Origin: Candidatus Moraniibacteriota bacterium
GTDB taxonomy: Bacteria > Patescibacteriota > Minisyncoccia > Moranbacterales > UBA1568
DNA: 46,137 nt
Assembly: GCA_016699385.1 (NCBI GenBank)
Contig: CP064974.1
Span: 758,654 to 804,790, forward strand
Reading direction: 5' to 3'
Shown here: one piece after another, positions 43,786 through 46,137 of the stretch
Layout of the letters: every line of letters starts with the position of its first letter
Numbering within the stretch: position 1 is the stretch's first letter
The notes under the pieces: generated by a model
Seen by the model: the letters and a program-made list of their open reading frames with translations, nothing else
What the model was told of the DNA's origin: nothing
The model's database searches: none
Program-made: the position numbers and the translations under genes

Positions 43786-45459
43786 ATGTCCACCCTCTAC
43801 CGAAAATACCGTCCCGAGCACTGGAGTGACGTCGCCGGACAAGAGCATATCGTGACGACGCTCACCAATGCGCTCAAAGGTGCTCTCTTGGCACATGCCT
43901 ATCTCTTTACCGGTCCGCGTGGCACCGGAAAGACCACTGTCGCGCGCCTTCTTGCCAAGTCTATCAACTGCACCAATCGTCGAGACGGGAAAGAACCTTG
44001 TGGCGAGTGTGCCAACTGCCTCGCCTTCGCGGACGGTCGTGCCTTCGACATCATCGAGATAGACGGCGCTTCCAACAACGGCGTCGAAAATATTCGCGAG
44101 CTTCGCGAAACAGTAAAACTCCCACCAACCTTGGGTACCAAAAAAGTCTACATCATCGACGAAGTCCACATGCTCTCGGGCGGCGCATGGAACGCTCTCC
44201 TCAAAACACTCGAGGAACCGCCCTCACATGTCATCTTCATCCTCGCAACCACCGAGCTTCACAAAATACCTGCGACAATCTCTTCCCGCTGCCAGCGATT
44301 CGATTTCAGTCGATTCCCCACCGCGACTATTATCGAAAAGCTCTCTCGCATTGCCCTATCGGAAGGCGTCACCGTCGATGTCGATGCTCTCGAAATGATT
44401 GCCCTCACCGCCGAAGGTGGCATGCGCGATGCCGAAAGTCTTCTCGCACAGGCAATTGCCCTCGAAGACAAACATATCACCGGATCCGAAGCCGCCACCA
44501 TACTTGGTATCACCGAACGAAAAACCGTTTTCGACTTCGTCGCTGCTATCGGCACACGCAATCTCGATACTGCCATCATCATCATCGAATCGCTCGCACA
44601 AAAAGGCGTCGACTTCCGATCATTTGCCGGAACACTCACGCATTTCCTTCGTGAAATCCTTTTCCACAAACTCGGAGACACTGCCCGAGAAACACTTACT
44701 ACACCCACCTCTCCCGAAGAACGCGCTGCTTTCGAATCACTTGCAACGCAGTTTTCCTTCGCCGAACTCGCCCGACTCACAGAACTCATCCACCATGCTC
44801 GCACAGAAATCCGCCATGCTTCCCTTCAACAAGTCCCTCTCGAAGTCGCCACTCTTGCTTTCCTCTTCCCCGAAGACCTCACTACTCCAGCCCCTCAATC
44901 AAGACAACATCCTACACCCTCCACATCTCCATCAACACAAATACAAATAACACCAGCCACACCGAAAGTCGCACCACCAACAAGTACCCCCTCATCAAAA
45001 CAGTCTACAGAGAAAGAGCTTCCACCTCACGAGACACCTACCAACACACCCATTCAGGCACCTCTCCATCAAGACTCCGCGCCCAAAGAATCGTCAACCA
45101 CCGCAGAAGAACACACTGAAACTCCTACAGCGTCTCCTTTCACGCTCGCCACCATCCAAGGAAAATGGCCTGCTTTCCTCGAAGAAATAAAGCGTCGAAA
45201 TGCGTCCCTCTCACTCTCCCTCTCCGGAAGCACGCCGACACTCTCCGAAAGCGGCACTATAAGTGTCACTGTCCGACACACCTTCCACAAAGAACGCCTC
45301 GAGAAACCCGAAAACCGCTTGACCATCGAAGAAGCAATTGCTACCATTTTTGGGAAGCCTGCCCGCCTCACCGTCAATGTCGTCTCCGAAGAACCCACTC
45401 CAAACGACCCACTTCTCGACAGCGCTCTCGAAATGCTTGGTGGGAAGGTAGTAGGATAG
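43786..45459 (+). CDS. dnaX: DNA polymerase III subunit gamma/tau
   Basis: YRKYRP, Walker A GPRGTGKTT, Zn module CGECANC, DEVHML and SRCQRF. Pro/Thr/Ser-rich linker and a C-terminal domain. Confidence 0.95.
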   Translation: MSTLYRKYRPEHWSDVAGQEHIVTTLTNALKGALLAHAYLFTGPRGTGKTTVARLLAKSINCTNRRDGKEPCGECANCLAFADGRAFDIIEIDGASNNGVENIRELRETVKLPPTLGTKKVYIIDEVHMLSGGAWNALLKTLEEPPSHVIFILATTELHKIPATISSRCQRFDFSRFPTATIIEKLSRIALSEGVTVDVDALEMIALTAEGGMRDAESLLAQAIALEDKHITGSEAATILGITERKTVFDFVAAIGTRNLDTAIIIIESLAQKGVDFRSFAGTLTHFLREILFHKLGDTARETLTTPTSPEERAAFESLATQFSFAELARLTELIHHARTEIRHASLQQVPLEVATLAFLFPEDLTTPAPQSRQHPTPSTSPSTQIQITPATPKVAPPTSTPSSKQSTEKELPPHETPTNTPIQAPLHQDSAPKESSTTAEEHTETPTASPFTLATIQGKWPAFLEEIKRRNASLSLSLSGSTPTLSESGTISVTVRHTFHKERLEKPENRLTIEEAIATIFGKPARLTVNVVSEEPTPNDPLLDSALEMLGGKVVG

Positions 45460-45490
45460 ATATTCCTTAACAATCATCAAACAACGCTTT

Positions 45491-45520
45491 TTGAAATCTC
45501 TGAAGAGTCCACGTTATATA
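45491..45520 (+). promoter_or_regulatory. Candidate promoter for tRNA-Gln (TTGAAA-18 nt-TATATA)
   Basis: TTGAAA at 45491-45496 and TATATA at 45515-45520. The tRNA starts at 45534. Confidence 0.4.
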
Positions 45521-45533
45521 AAAAAGTTATTAT

Positions 45534-45605
45534 TGGGGAGTAGCCAAGCGGTAAGGCAGGGGCCTTTGAAGCCCCCATGCGAAGGTTCGATCCCTTCCTC
45601 CCCAG
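45534..45605 (+). tRNA. tRNA-Gln: tRNA-Gln (anticodon UUG)
   Basis: UGGGGAGUAGCCAAGCGGUAAGGCAGGGGCCUUUGAAGCCCCCAUGCGAAGGUUCGAUCCCUUCCUCCCCAG. U1-A72 and the D-loop are typical of tRNA-Gln. Anticodon loop CUUUGAA. Confidence 0.9.
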
Positions 45606-45616
45606 CACATAAATCT

Positions 45617-46137
45617 ATGCAAACTTCAGCAAAAAGTATCAAAGCAATTGTTTTTGATTTTGGTGGTGTGATTCAACTATTTGGAGGTGGTAGTCTTCTG
45701 GAAGATATTGCCAATGTTCTTCAAATTGAAAATACTGATTTCAAACAACGATACTTTGAACACAACCATCTCAGTCATGTGAAGAATGTTCCATGGGAAC
45801 AAATGATCGTCAGTGTTGTTAACACTTACAATGTGAGTCCAGAAATTATTGATGAGGTAAACCAGCTTGTCAGTGACTATCAGTCAAGGAGAGTAATCAA
45901 CACCGAATTAGTTTCTTGGTTCCCACAACTTAAAAAACTGGGATACAAAATCGCAATCTTGAGTAATGCAACAACAGAACTTAGAAAGAAACTCCACAAT
46001 CTTGGTATTCATAAACACATTGATAAGATAGTCATTTCAGGCGAAATTGGATTTCAGAAGCCACATAAAGAAGCTTTCGATGTAGTATTCCAAAAACTAG
46101 GTGTTCTGCCTCAAGAAGTGATTTTTATAGACGATGC
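45617..46137 (+). CDS. HAD-superfamily hydrolase (subfamily IA-like), 3' end outside the window
   Basis: My own translation from the ATG at 45617 is open to the window edge. IVFDFGGVI (motif I), ILSNAT (motif II), QKPHKEAF (motif III), IFIDD (motif IV). AT-rich. Confidence 0.8.
   Translation, partial: MQTSAKSIKAIVFDFGGVIQLFGGGSLLEDIANVLQIENTDFKQRYFEHNHLSHVKNVPWEQMIVSVVNTYNVSPEIIDEVNQLVSDYQSRRVINTELVSWFPQLKKLGYKIAILSNATTELRKKLHNLGIHKHIDKIVISGEIGFQKPHKEAFDVVFQKLGVLPQEVIFIDD

Noticed and set aside
43998-44804. 218-aa (+) and 181-aa (-) ORFs inside dnaX
   Set aside because: These are off-frame or antisense to a gene with complete clamp-loader motifs. They have an extreme Arg/His/Ser bias.
1-46137. 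CRISPR arrays, IS elements, integrases, prophage structural genes, rRNA
   Set aside because: I looked for regularly spaced direct repeats, transposase/integrase-like ORFs and rRNA signatures on both strands and saw none. The only repeats are the inverted repeat at 27811-27890, the duplicated terminator module and protein-level repeats.

Overview
Gene-dense window, coded mostly on the minus strand. By inference it looks like a small-genome Patescibacteria/CPR-like (Parcubacteria-type) bacterium: many GFTLIE-type pilins, tRNAs without encoded CCA, and short intergenic gaps with sigma70-like promoters. Core genes present: mnmA, obg, a DEAD-box helicase, recO, ileS (type 2, preceded by a textbook T-box attenuator), tsf, rpsB, rpmE, prfA, prmC, cysS, dnaB, recR, dnaX, rpmG and six tRNAs. 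The tRNAs and rpmG form a degenerate thr-tyr-thr/rpmG/trp cluster with a HIT gene embedded in it. There is also a copper P-type ATPase operon and a type IV pilin/pseudopilin cluster (14.25-19.37 kb). That cluster includes a pilin fused to an LVIVD beta-propeller and a PilM-like/LytR_C fusion. The most unusual part is an accessory stretch (about 7.7-14.1 kb) between obg and the pilin operon. It holds an orphan 180-aa protein, a VOC enzyme, a zinc-ribbon membrane protein, and a co-directional block of four orphan genes. That block is a 373-aa unknown, an SDH/Clp-fold serine protease, and a strongly AT-rich, translationally coupled pair (a 210-aa unknown plus a coiled-coil/3-TM protein). I flag this block as the best candidate for an undescribed conflict or defence-like module. 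An internal terminator and a GC break mean it may be two or three juxtaposed units rather than one. Other second-look items: an orphan yeaH (DUF444) without prkA/spoVR, a 31-aa Lys-rich microprotein, a 23-bp perfect inverted repeat between tRNAs, duplicated terminator modules, and several long non-coding gaps with promoter/terminator signals. No CRISPR array, transposase, integrase or rRNA was seen. All calls come from reading the sequence and ORF track by eye; no searches were run.
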